A DNA stretch of 64,000 nt, from the NCBI GenBank assembly GCA_946965045.2, contig OX337240.1, positions 930,001-994,000 on the forward strand, read 5' to 3'. Below the pieces are notes generated by a model. It ran no database searches. It worked only from the letters and a program-made list of their open reading frames with translations, and was not told the DNA's origin. Below are positions 1 through 12,078 of this stretch, in pieces. Each line of letters starts with the position of its first letter. Within the stretch, counting starts at the first letter, position 1. Made by a program: the position numbers and the translations under genes. The stretch comes from Epithemia pelagica (lineage: Eukaryota > Protista > Bacillariophyta).

Positions 1-1622
1 ACAAATTCCACGAGGTGGGAAACCGTCCTTTGTACCACCACATGCCGCTGCAGGTGGAAAGAATGAAAATTCTCCCTCTCGTGCCATTGCGAGGCCGCTG
101 AACTACTTTTCGGTCGGTTCCATTGTACAAGTATCCTCACGGACCTGGCCTGGTACGTGTGCTTTACGAGTCGTTGTTCCGTACTCGTGTCGTCCTCGTT
201 GGAATGGCTAACCTTTTTTGGTTTGTTTTTCTACGGTCAGGCATTAACAAACCGGGAGGTGTAGGACGTGTCACCCGCGTCCAGTTTCCCGACGACCAGA
301 CAACGGATCGGAACGCGTCATGCTTGTATGACATTGCCTACATCTTGGGAGGGAGAGAAGTGGGCGTCGAATCCAAATATGTGACGGCCAATGATGGAGC
401 CCTGGGACGGGATGATCACGATGCCGGCTCGCTTCGGATCCGATTCAACAATAACATTCCGCAAAGCTTATTGAATCAGCTCGAGGCGGAAGGGTTTGAC
501 ACGGTGGGACGGCCCAGTCTCGCCATGATGCACAAGGTGGAAGAGGAACGCAAAGAAAACGTCAAACCCTTCTTGGTGGAACCACCAGCCAAGTCACCGA
601 AAAAGCGGTTGAGCGAGGAACCTCCTCCAGGTGCCAGTCACCGAAACAAGAGGCTGAAACGGGCCAAAGCCGCTGTGGTGTCCACCTTGAAAAGTGCCTT
701 GACCAAGAACAAAAGTCGCAAACCGCAAGGACAAGACCCACCTCCTGTTGTACTCAGCAATGCCGAAAAGTGTCAGCAGGCCAATGAGCATTACTCCAAG
801 CAGTTCCAGGACGCTGTACAAAAAGGAGTCTTGTACGTGACAGTCTCCAGTTTGTCTCCACCCGAAGCCGAATCCGTGGCTCGTCTGTGTACCCTTTCCC
901 CATCCATGGGACCTGTCAAGGTCAAACAATGCGACACACTTTCGGCCAAAGTAAGCATGTGCTTGGTTCCTACCCCTGCCATGAGCCGGTCCGAACCAGC
1001 CAACCTTGTGGCGCGTAGTCGCACCGTCAAAACCATGCGAGCCGCCTTGGCGGGGATCCCGATTGTTCCCTGTGCCTGGGCTGTCAAGTGTCTGCAAAAC
1101 CAAACCGTGGAAGAACCCACGCCAGCCATGTACATTCGAACGCTACCTACCAAGGCGGGAGATGGTCACACTGCCTTTGGAGTGGCCCACTTGGCATCCT
1201 TGTCCCATGTGAATGGCCTGCACCGAAAACCATTGAAATCCTGTGCCGTGTACTTGTGTGGTAAATTCCCTCGACAAGTGGAACGTGACATTATCCTCTT
1301 GGCCAAGGACGCTGGTGCCACGGTCCTGACTCAACGGTCGACAGTCCTCTCCAGGATTCGGTCGGAACAAACCGTCGTGTTGCTCTGCAATAAAACGGCC
1401 CAAACCTCTCTTACCGCCAAACTGGAGAGTGAAGTGGCCCAACATCCGAAACGTGTCCTGGTGGCCTCGGCACAATGGTTGTTTGATTCCATTAGTAGTG
1501 GAGAATGTCAAACGGTTCAAGCGTATCCGCCCGAATGCCCAGTGGCCCATACATTGTGGACCATGACATCGGCGGCTGCATCCATGACGCAGACAAGCTA
1601 CTTTGGAACAACCGAGCTTTGA
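1..1622 (+). CDS. Tudor-like + tandem BRCT domain protein (5' end outside window; intron 153-240)
   Basis: The GT..CTAAC..CAG intron at 153-240 joins [39 protein letters not shown] (Tudor-like). The C-terminal half has two BRCT-like repeats (RTVKTMRAALAGIPIVPCAWAVKC; VYLCGKF..DAGATV..SAQWLFDSIS). Confidence 0.7.
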
Positions 1623-1953
1623 AAAACTTGGAGTTTTTCCTAGGCAAAAATAGAATTGACTTTTTGAATCACGTTTTGATTGGATGGTCTTGATAGGTCA
1701 ATGACAACAGGGGTCCCTGTCTGTCTTACTATTGGAACGTGGTACTGTCGATCGTTTCGAACGTTGCTGTCCGAAAAACCTGCGGGAATCTTTTAGAAAC
1801 AAAGGCCCCGTGGTAACAACAACAACAACAATACTACCTAAACGATTACATAGAATGATACAGTTCCAAATCTCTGGGAAGCACTTGTGTGAAGCTCTAC
1901 TGCTCTCTGGAACATGGAAACATTCGTCTCACTGCTGTCTTTGGGGTTTTGTT

Positions 1954-3245
1954 TTACTCTGTTGCATCTGGATCCGTAGTAGGAGGAGGGGAGTCGCTTT
2001 CGTTTGCCTTGTCTTCTTCTTCGTTTTCTGTTGTATTCTTGTCGTTGTTGTTGGACGACGACGACGATGACAATTTCCATCCACTCCACGTGGATTCCAT
2101 CCAAGATTAATACTTGGGATTGGTGTGATAATCCTTGGCTTGTCGTGTTTCGAGATTGCTCGTGGCACGCAACAAGACAAAGACAATGCCCATCCATCCC
2201 AGTCCCATCAATCCCAGGGAAGGGATCCATCGCAGTAGTACGGCCGACCACGGAATGGTTTGGGCCGTCATGGACGACGCCGCAAACCACAGCGCCGTCA
2301 GCAAGCCAATCATGGCATTGGCCGTCCATCCCAAAATTTCCCCCGAATAATTGGGATGCCTCCAATAGGCAAAAATGCCCGATGTCACCAAAAAGGATTC
2401 ATTGCCTTGGCGTTGTTTGACCCAGGTTTTGGTAAAATCGGCCAAGGCTCCTACTCCAAAGCCCAATCCTTGTATTACAACCAACAAGGTCAAGACCAGG
2501 CGCATCAGGAAATGGGGAGGAGGACCACCCGACGCCAAGACATTTTGGGTGATCCAAAGGGGCATACACAATCCGTAATACAAGAGTCCACATGATAGAA
2601 CAAAGGGTGTTCGTGTCGTCCAGCGATGCCCGGTTTGGCTTGGGCCTTGGTTTCCACCGACTCATTGAATTGTCGAATTCGTGCACTCAGTCGATTGCGC
2701 ACAAACAAAAAGAGTGTCAATCGAAGGCCATACAACCCAATCACCCAGGCTTGTCCCAATAACAAGGTGGTCCAAACATTGTTGGAATGGGCGCTGCTGC
2801 CACTCTTGAGAGTTGTATACACTGTGTACAAGCCCGTCCACGCCGTGGCCAAACCGTAGCCATACGAAACGGTATATTCGCTCTTGAAATATCCCAAACT
2901 GGGTGGCAAGAAGCACGTCCACACGTGGGGTGGAAGCATGCCACAAACACCCGAGACAAGGGAGGCTTGCAATGACGTGTCATATCGCAGAATAGGGGAC
3001 CGTGGTTTGTTTTCCAGAACCACCCGAGACCCTTGTCGTGAACGAATGTCAATCTTGGGTGGGAGATGGACACTCTTTTGGTTGTTGGCAGTACTCCATT
3101 CTTGTGGTTGTCGAATGGTGCTTCGTGGAGCGTTGGAAGTCCAGCGTGCTTTTTGAAAAGCCATGCTCTCTGTCACAATATTGCTCCAGACAGCTAACAA
3201 CAACAACAAGCAGGAACGTAGGGCAACCGGAAGCGTTCTCGTCAT
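1954..3245 (-). pseudogene. DUF1295 / steroid 5-alpha-reductase-like membrane protein, disrupted
   Basis: Motifs VSYGYG, LYGLRL.LFL and VTSGIFAYWRHPNYSGEILGW. A frameshift lies near 2615 (AGR / TRTPFVLSCGLLYY). An in-frame TAA at 2107-2109 is followed by the open continuation SWMESTWSGW to the stop at 1954. N-terminal signal peptide followed by SMAF. Confidence 0.75.
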
Positions 3246-4097
3246 GATGGAGATCCTCGTATTCTATATTGATTGCTGTAATGTGATGATGGTATCTTGC
3301 ATAGAAAAAAGTGCTGATGGGCAAAAGCTGTCTGGACAAAAAATACCTCCTCCGATCATGACGTCATACTCATTACTCGCATCTCATTTCCCCTTGACCC
3401 CGCTGCTACCCCAGCTAGCAGGCTCAGTCGACGGATGGCTAGGTAGAAGAATGGCGGAATGCGGTAGGAGTACGTACTTCTAGAGGGTTAACGAACGAAG
3501 AAACCACACAGTTGTTGGTGGTGGGTGATGATACTCAATACTCTTACATGGTTTAAAGGGGGTTCACAATCTCGAGGTAGCACTAAGCGAAAAGCAGAGT
3601 TTCCCATAATCATGTTAATAAACCATAAAACTTTGAGCCAAATGGGAACGACCATACCACGATGACAGCACCGCATCCCGTCTGCTCAGCGAAGTTAATC
3701 ATCGTCGGGCCCGGTTAGTACTACGGTGGGGGACCACATTGGAATCCCGGGTGTTGTTCTTTTTTTTTCCAGGACAATGGCAGGCTCACATGGACTATGG
3801 ACAGGGCTTTGTGAGGAATATCATATTCCCTTTATTCCCTTAGAGGCAGGGGTCTGTCGCTTTGGTATGTTCATGGATGGCGAGAGAATGGAGCAGTTGA
3901 CTTGGAACTTGACTGGAGGACCACGAAAGTTGTTACGACGCCAGGCCCTAAATGAGTCGACAACCAATCCGTGATTATCAATCATGGGAGTTGATAAAAG
4001 TGAATCACAGAAGAGTAGATACGCGGCTTTTCAAACTAAAAAGAGCGTCTTCAGTAGCTCAGTCATAGAGATTAGAAAGTCTATTACAAAACCCCGA

Positions 4098-4864
4098 CAA
4101 GATTCACCGAACAGATGACGACAATTAGGCCAAACCATTGTTGGAAATGTGCCGCCATAAACACTCTTGTGACAAAAATTTGTCACGCTTCGTTTGTTCC
4201 ACAAATGCATAATAGCAACTGCTTGTCTCTAGGTTGTGGGGGAAAAGGGTTGACAAGTCACACAGGCCTGTTCTTGATCGAAATAGCCCAAGGCTCGTTT
4301 CTTGAAATATCGACAATAGGGACAGGGAATGGTATTGTTGCAAGACGGCGACGACGACGATGACGACGATGACGCTTCGGGTAAAGACTGGGCAGTAGGG
4401 TACTGGTGGTGGTGAAGCGCAAAGGGGAGTGGGTCCACCTCACCACCCGGTGGAGGAAGACGATGCCAACAGGTGTGTCGTTGCAAAAAGCCTCCCACCA
4501 CAAACGGTGATTCCACACGCGGGCGAGGCGGTGCAATCTCCAAAGATGAGAACGAGTCCCCACCATCTCATGATGGGAGGGCTCACAAATACCCGCTGGT
4601 GCTAGGAGCGCAAATTTGCGACACTTGGCACAATAAATGGTGAGTCCATATTTGGCATTGCTGGTATGGGCTTGTGCCAAGGATGGAATCATCATGTCTC
4701 GATAGCACGGAGGAAAGGAAGAAGACGAAGAAGAGCCTGTCGTTCTGGACGCTGTCGTTGCAGAAGCCGCATGGCGCTATGCTTGTTGCTGTGGTCGTTG
4801 TTGTTGGTTGAACTGTGCTTCTCGTTGTCGTCGACACTGACGATTTCTTCGGGCTCGTTTCGTT
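4098..4864 (-). pseudogene. Truncated, frameshifted duplicate of the 3' third of the F-box-like gene (copy of ~6988-7723)
   Basis: Direct nucleotide similarity to 6988-7723, with shared peptides AKYGLTIYCAKCRKFALLAPAGIC and CNNTIPCPYCRYFKKRALGYFDQ. Similarity stops abruptly at 4864. Confidence 0.85.
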
Positions 4865-4998
4865 GAATGGCAGATGCGACGTGGCCTACTACATTCCGAA
4901 GTATGATCACAATGGAAGCGATTGCTGCGAATCTTCCTGAAATGACAAGTTGCTCCTTCGTTCCTCTTGATAGAGAGAGAATTTTCTCTTGTCGCAAA

Positions 4999-6093
4999 TT
5001 ACATGGTATCCAAAATCCGACTATGTTCATCCCATTGGCGTTGCGTATCATTCCCTTTCCATTCCACAAATTCTGCAAATTTCTGCTTGTCTTTAACATA
5101 CACTGTGGTAAGCCAAGTAACTTTGTCCAAGTTCTGTGCCCCACTTTTCCATTGAACTGCTGCTGCATCAACCTCTGTGAAGAACTGCAATTTCAATACC
5201 ACTCGATCTCGACTGTCATATTGAGCAAATGTTGTATCTGACATGGAAACAACAGAAAGTTTGACCACTGACATTTCATCAAGATGGTTGAGGCCATCCA
5301 GCATTTGGTGAAGGGGCCACGAAGCTGCAAGAATGTTATTTGGATCCTTAGCAACAGACCTGTATTTCGCCTTATCTTTCAAGTGGCATTTGTACGGTTT
5401 GGTTCTACCGACACAAACGTCTAGAGACTGAATAAGTGCCACAGGATCGCTTGGTTCGACGGCTTCTGTGACTTGGGCCGAGAGACGATATGATTCCAGA
5501 TGGTTCAGTGACTCGCAGGGAGATTCCGAATCGCAAGGAGTGTAGTGTTGCAAATAGTATCTTGATATATCCTCTCTGAGCAAACGCACACGTTGCGGAT
5601 CGGGGGGATCGATTTCAACTCCATCAATGGAGAGTAATGTTTTGTGAATTTCCCATTGGTTGATCGAGGACTGGAAATCCATGGCGTCTGATTCCTGCAA
5701 AAAATAAGCTTTTACCACGAGATCATCATTGACATATTTCACTTCCTTTCCGGCTGATATACGGAAGCATCCGCGACATTTTTCCAACGTCTTGTATACA
5801 TTTCCTCTTGACCCATGACTTCTCAAGGCACCCTTTACGACTATAGACACTTCAAATATAGTCTCCTCTGCTTGTTGTACTCGGATCAGACGACGAAGCT
5901 TCCCCTTTGTGGGTAAGTCGGACGGGAGGCCGCAAAATTGAAGAAACTCCTCCTCTTCCGTCGTCGTTCGTAGATCGATGAGATCAATCCCGACATCTGT
6001 AGCCCCTCGTTTCAGTCTCCTGTTGATATCCTCCGTATTCGTCTCTTCTCGTTTAGTTCTTCCTTTCTCTCTTTGTTTTTGCATGGACATCAA
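4999..6093 (-). CDS. HNH (beta-beta-alpha-metal) endonuclease-like protein, Crinkler/CR-HNH-like
   Basis: 364-aa intronless ORF with the HNH_2-like signature YKCHLKDK..DPNNILAASWPLHQMLDG. Confidence 0.6.
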   Translation of the reverse strand: MMSMQKQREKGRTKREETNTEDINRRLKRGATDVGIDLIDLRTTTEEEEFLQFCGLPSDLPTKGKLRRLIRVQQAEETIFEVSIVVKGALRSHGSRGNVYKTLEKCRGCFRISAGKEVKYVNDDLVVKAYFLQESDAMDFQSSINQWEIHKTLLSIDGVEIDPPDPQRVRLLREDISRYYLQHYTPCDSESPCESLNHLESYRLSAQVTEAVEPSDPVALIQSLDVCVGRTKPYKCHLKDKAKYRSVAKDPNNILAASWPLHQMLDGLNHLDEMSVVKLSVVSMSDTTFAQYDSRDRVVLKLQFFTEVDAAAVQWKSGAQNLDKVTWLTTVYVKDKQKFAEFVEWKGNDTQRQWDEHSRILDTM

Positions 6094-7082
6094 TCAATTC
6101 CATCGTCTGATGGCCTGAAAATGGGCGTGTTATTTTTTTATTTTTACGAGTCCTCCGCATGTAAATTTTGCGGAGGAAAGCTCTATATCCGGGTTGGATT
6201 GGCCTTTATCATGCTCCGCCCATGCTCCGCGCGTGCCCGATAACTTACGCCAGCCAATGAGTCAAAATGGATCGCACATAGACTTCGTGACAATCCCCTG
6301 AGTATCTTTTGCCGTGGTGACATTTTTTTTCGTGTTGCCGCCGATTGCTGATGCCACATCTCCACACCAAGAGAGTCCGAGACTCAAAGTTTCCTTCTTG
6401 AATACATTAGACAAGCATCGGTTGATAGTATCGCCACAGCTACCGATGCCTGGACGACGGCCTGTGTCGCACCGAATTGAAACTTGTCGTCAACAGTATT
6501 TCATTCTTCCTGTTGCTGTGTCGTTCCAGATACGGATATTGACCATGATGGTGACGATGGCACTCTTGTGAACTACGTTGATGGAGTACCAGCGACAAAA
6601 GCAACAAGAACACATCATAGAGCAGAACCATCAGAACAGCCAGACGACAATGAGGAGGGATCAAATATTGTCAATGTCGTCTTGAATCACCCGACTTTTT
6701 CAATGACAGCAATGGCGGCACGAGTGATACCGATACAACAACCAATCCAGCCGATGAAACCTCATCATGTGGTCGTGTACAGCCAATGGGATTGGTCTTT
6801 ATATCCAGCAGCAGCATCGATAACAGCAAGTACTTTTTGAAATCTCTCATGTCGACGGAAAAAAGCTCAGCGGAACCCACAACAGACAATGACGGGCATA
6901 ACTATCTAGATTTTAACCACGAGAACTAAAATCGACAGTGCATTCGACTTTATATTTCTCGTAGAACGTCTATAATAAAACGCCGCCAAGATTCACAGAG
7001 CAAATGGTCGCTATAAACTCTCGTGACAAAAATTTATCATGCTTCATTTGTTCCTCAAATGCTTGAAAGTAACTGCTGGTCT

Positions 7083-8912
7083 CTAGTGTGGGGAAAAGGG
7101 TTGACAAGTCACACAGGCCCGTTCTTGATCGAAATAGCCCAAGGCTCGTTTCTTGAAATATCGACAATAGGGACAGGGAATGGTATTGTTGCAAGACGAT
7201 GACGATGATGCTTCGGGTGATGACAGGGCAGTAGGGTACTGGTACTGGTGGTGAAGCGCAAAGGGGAGCGGGTCCACCTCCCCACCCGGTGGAGGACAAC
7301 AATGCCGACAGGTGTGTCGTTGCAAAAAGCCTCCCACCACAAACGGTGGTTCCACACGAGGTCGAGGTGGTGCAATCGTCAAATAATGAGAACGAGTTCC
7401 CCCCACCTCTTGATGATGATGGGAGGGCTCACAAATACCCGCTGGTGCTAGGAGCGCAAATTTGCGACACTTGGCACAATAAATGGTGAGTCCATACTTG
7501 GCATTGGTGGCATGGGCTTGTGGCAAGGATGGAATCATCATGTCTCGATAGCGCGGAGGAAAGGAACAAGACGACGAAGAAGAAAAAGAGCCAGTCGTTC
7601 TGGACGCTGTCGTTGCAGAAGCCGCACGACGCTCTCCTTGTTGTTGTGGTCGTTGTTGTTGGTTGAACTGTGATGCTTCTCGTTGTCGTCGGAACTGACG
7701 GTCTCTTCGGGCTCGTTTCGTTGGTCGTCTCGGAATGGACAAAAAGACGTCTTCCTCCTCTGGATCCGCAGCTTGTGTCTCTTCTTGTTCGTCATTATTG
7801 ATGTCTGTTGTCTCTTGTTGTGTCAAGGAAGGAATGGTAGGTGTCAAGGTCAGGGCCATTTGATGACACTGTGGTTTTTCCGTCCCCAGCTCGGATTTGT
7901 AACAAAAATCGCTCACTACCAAGGTTTGTTCCGTATCATTGGCTTCATGACAAACAGGGCATTGTAACAACGAATCGTGTGGTAAATTGGGAAAACATTT
8001 GGGATGACAATCCCTTAAATCCAAACAACGCCACGATGACGATGACGATGATGACGAGAATTGAATTTCAAAGTACTCGGCAATTTGCGGTGGATCTGTC
8101 CGGGTGGATGGCCGTGATCGAGATGTGGGTTGTACTGGCAGGGGATATTTACAAGTGGGACAGGGTCCACCCACTCTCCGTCCCCGAGGAGCTGCTGTAG
8201 AAGTGGATGAATGGAACTGGTCTTCGGATTTCGTATCACCAGACAACGACGGTGGCGGTGCCTTGGATCGTTGACGTTGACAGCGTTCAAAGTAATAGTG
8301 GGGAAACAGTCCGGGCGATGACAAGGGGGGTGGCGACGAGGCATTGTCGTTAACAGAAGTTCCCTTTTCACCAGTGTGTGGCCTGGAGGACTCTGTGTTT
8401 TCCGGTCGTAATGGAATGACTTGTCGTCCATACTTGCCCGAAAATCCAACGGCCGCTTCCATGGGCATGAAATGCGCCACTCGTACAATCTGTAGTAATA
8501 AATCCAATGGTTGGTATGCTGAGGTGCGAACAAGTGGTTTCAGGGGCGTCTGTTCTTGTTCTGGATCTTGTTTCTTCCGTGAATGCGGTTGCAAGGCTCT
8601 TGTCAAGAAGGATTGTGTCCCACTGGTTTCCAATTCCATTTCGTCTTCTTCTTGTTGCTGTGTCACGTTGCAATGCCAGTGCGTGTCCAAGGAATCCTCA
8701 CCTGCCACCAAATAAAGGCCATGTCGTTGCAACAAGGGAGCCAGCATGTAGTGGGCCAAGAGAGATGCCGGCAATTGCTCATGAATGCCTCGTTGCCATC
8801 CTTGACATACCAATCGCAGCGACAAGATATCGCTCCAATTCAAATATGGCGCAACATGAATCCAGCAGGGAAAGTCACAGGAAAAGGAAGAGGATGTTGT
8901 CGTCATGTCCAC
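7083..8912 (-). CDS. F-box-like protein with Cys-rich C-terminus
   Basis: 609-aa ORF. N-terminal F-box-like PCWIHVAPYLNWSDILSLRLVCQGWQ and several CxxC pairs toward the C-terminus. Confidence 0.6.
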   Translation of the reverse strand: MDMTTTSSSFSCDFPCWIHVAPYLNWSDILSLRLVCQGWQRGIHEQLPASLLAHYMLAPLLQRHGLYLVAGEDSLDTHWHCNVTQQQEEDEMELETSGTQSFLTRALQPHSRKKQDPEQEQTPLKPLVRTSAYQPLDLLLQIVRVAHFMPMEAAVGFSGKYGRQVIPLRPENTESSRPHTGEKGTSVNDNASSPPPLSSPGLFPHYYFERCQRQRSKAPPPSLSGDTKSEDQFHSSTSTAAPRGRRVGGPCPTCKYPLPVQPTSRSRPSTRTDPPQIAEYFEIQFSSSSSSSSWRCLDLRDCHPKCFPNLPHDSLLQCPVCHEANDTEQTLVVSDFCYKSELGTEKPQCHQMALTLTPTIPSLTQQETTDINNDEQEETQAADPEEEDVFLSIPRRPTKRARRDRQFRRQREASQFNQQQRPQQQGERRAASATTASRTTGSFSSSSSCSFPPRYRDMMIPSLPQAHATNAKYGLTIYCAKCRKFALLAPAGICEPSHHHQEVGGTRSHYLTIAPPRPRVEPPFVVGGFLQRHTCRHCCPPPGGEVDPLPFALHHQYQYPTALSSPEASSSSSCNNTIPCPYCRYFKKRALGYFDQERACVTCQPFSPH

Positions 8913-9460
8913 AACCGGTCAGCGTCAGTCGTCATTGTCCCTGTCGTTCGAAAAAGATTCTGGACTTGTTTGGGTCGCATAAATCTCTGATCGCTTGTAG
9001 GTCGCTCAAAGTGGCATGGTTCACGTGTTTAATGGTTAGCTGGTCAATCTATATAGAGGAAGGACCTATGACAGCGGAAGGAAGCGACCATGTGGTAGAA
9101 GAATCGTAAGAGACTGTTCCTCAGGCTGGGCCCAGCGAAAGGATTCATGAGTGCTAGGTCCTACATGGACGTGGCACCAGGCGCCAGGGTCGTTCTTGTT
9201 TTGGATAATTCCATACGATGGGAGACGAAACACCTGGGTACTGGGTAGTCTAATCGTGCACCCGCGTCGATTGATTTGGGAAAGTGAATAAGTGAGAGAA
9301 AGAGATCCATTTGGTGGCTCTTGCTCTATCCATCTTCCAACTAGAAAGAATCGCATTCACCCCAAGAAAAGAAGGCTTCGTTCGGAACCGAACCAAGACA
9401 TAGTGTCGTGTGTTGTTGCTGTAGCTGTAGAATCTCGTTGAACCGTTGGTACGACAAGTG

Positions 9461-11459
9461 CTACAATTCATCCTTTGCCGACGTGGTGGAGTCCTTCCCT
9501 GTCTTGGCCATGACGAAGAGGTGTCCCCGAACGCCTTGTCCTTGTTCGTATCGAAAATTGTCCAGGGGCTCGTAATGAATCAATTGCAAACCATGATGGT
9601 TCCCTGTAGTCACCACATCTGGAGTACAAAAGCAGAGAACAACCACAACAACAAGTGTTTAGGAAAATTATCGGCACAGATACACTCACGTGTGTTCTTT
9701 TTCCCTCGATGCATGAATCAAACTTACAGTCTTTGGAATGAGCAAATCGTCCCGAGGCTGTCAATTGCCATCTCCAATCTGGTTTGGAAACGGCCAAACG
9801 AGCTTCTGTATCGTTACTGACATTTTCCAAGGTAAAGGCCACAAAGGCATTGGGAGAATGTTTCGGGGAATCAGCAGCGACGACGGGAACCAATCCCGTG
9901 ACCATGGCGGCAAAGAGGGGATCCAAATCTCCAAAGTAAATGTAGGAATCGGCCGCAATAATAAGGTCAAGAGACTGTGCATGGTCCGGTCCTTCCAAGA
10001 CTTGAATCAAATCACCGGCCACCAATTCTTGGTACAAGTTGGGTCGCGTCGTTTGAGCTTGTTGCAAAATGGCCTCGCTCAAGTCCACACCCATGAGGTA
10101 GTGACTGATATTGCGAAATTGTTCTCCCACCAACCCCGTTCCACATCCAGCATCCAACACCTTGGCAAATTGTCGCGTCGTGGACGGCACGGCCGTATCC
10201 ATGGACACTGCCTTTTGATGTTCCAAGAGATACATGGCTCGATCAAAGCCTCGTCGCAGTCGTTCAAAGCCGGTATAGTGCAATTCTTGGACGAGGGAAT
10301 GTTCAAAGTTGCTGGCATAATCATCAAACAAGGTTTGTACATACTCGTTGGAAGCTCGTTTCATGGTCGCATCGGCCGTCAAGGTGGCCAACATGTGTTT
10401 GGCACTTTCGTTCGTGTCATCGTATTTGACAGCCAAGCTAAAGGCATGGGCCGCCATTTCTTGACAATCCACCACCACGACCGTATCATCCTCCGTTTCG
10501 TTGTTCTCCTCCGTGTTGTCGGTGGATTGCACTGTTTCGGTTCCTCCTCCTCCTTCTTCTTGTTTGGGTAGAGCACAGGTTTGAGTCGGATCATGGGCAA
10601 TGCACAAGCCAATTCGATATTGCAATTGGGACAAGACGTATTCGACATGAGGTGGTGGATCGGTGGCTAATGGGGCTTGTTGGGTCAATATGGTATAGGC
10701 TTGATTGTAAGCCTGCAAGGCCCGTCGAAAATCACGGACTTGATCGTGAAACAAGGATCCGGCATTGGCGTAGGCCGCCCAATGATAGGGATCCCATTCC
10801 TGGGCTTGTCGATAGGCATCCAAGGCCTCGGAAATGTGGTTCCTCTTGTTGGTTTCATTATTGTCCTCGTTGCTGGGTAAATCTTGATGGACCATGCCCA
10901 AATAAAAACATGCCTGGGCGGCAATTTGACGACACGAAGTTTCTTGTGGTGACTCTTGTTGGTTTGTCCCGGTCTGTCTGGTTTGAGAGTCGTAGTGCTG
11001 ATAGAGCCGAATGGCTCGTTGGTAATACTCCATGGCCTGCTGGATATGCTGGTCATTGTCGTTGTCATAGGGCCATTCCGAATAGGCGGTTGCCACATTG
11101 GTATACAAACTCAACCACAATTCCAAGAGCGTCAGAGTAGTATCCTTCTGTTTGTTATCATCTGTAGATGCGACGACCTGGTCTGGTTGAAATGTCGTGG
11201 GAATGCACACTTGATAGGCCGCAATGGCCGCTGGCAAATCTCCTTGTGCCAAGGCAGAATCACCGGCTTCCAAACAGGCTTGGACCGTAGGTGGTTGGGT
11301 GGCGGCCGCCTCAATCCCCGTGACACCACCACCCACGTGGTTGTTGTTTTCGTCAAAGATCCCCAGCAGGAACAACCACCACAGCAAGAGTGCCACCACC
11401 CGCCGTTCCAGAGTGCGACTGCTGGTGCGGCGTGAAAGTCGAACGGTGTGAATATTCAT
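9461..11459 (-). CDS. TPR-repeat class I SAM-dependent methyltransferase with signal peptide and C-terminal KDEL (intron 9619-9727)
   Basis: Hydrophobic N-terminus, TPR repeats, YVQTLFDDYASNFEHSLV and SAM motif I VLDAGCGTGLVG. Splicing GTAAGT(9727)..CCAG(9619) gives HSKDY-VVTTG...TSAKDEL*. Confidence 0.85.
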
Positions 11460-12078
11460 TGTCTACTAGAGAGGACTAGCAAAAGATCCGTCGTTGTCGT
11501 CGTCGTTGTCGTCGTCCCTTTTCTCTCGTTGGACCACACAAAAGGATGGACGAAAAGAGCCAAAGTACGTATTTCTCTCATTTTTCTTGGATCTTTTCGT
11601 AACAGATGGGCTGTAACTATCTAGAGTTCCATCTTATTAAATATATAAAAATTAATATTTATGAGTTTTAGTACAACCCGTTAGAGATTTCATTGTCATT
11701 TAGTCCTCAGCAGTTCAGCAGAAAGATATAGAGAGTCGTCGAAAATGGAACTCTACTGTAAGTCATAACCCCCAAATCCTAGAATAAAACCGCCCCTAAA
11801 CTTGGGCCCATAACCTGTCGGTTGAGAATTACACATCCCTTTAAGACGAAATTTGTCCGAGGGTAGGCCCCGGCTCATGAACTCTCGACATAAACCTATT
11901 CTCAGTCCGTATATATATATATGTCCATACATGTATATGATATATCACCCCCCATAGAGGAAGGAAAAAGCTCCTCTCGTTCTCTACCTCTACCGCTCCT
12001 CGTCTTCTCTCTCCTTGGCCTTTCACCTGCGCCCTCTCTCTTCCTCTCTCTTCTTGTCCTTTCACCCGCGTCCTGACC

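Noticed and set aside
6340-6840. Possible 3' remnant of a plus-strand gene (ORFs 6314-6571 and 6484-6840 with a GT..CAG intron)
   Set aside because: It looks coding, but no start or family motif was recognised, so it cannot be supported as a feature.
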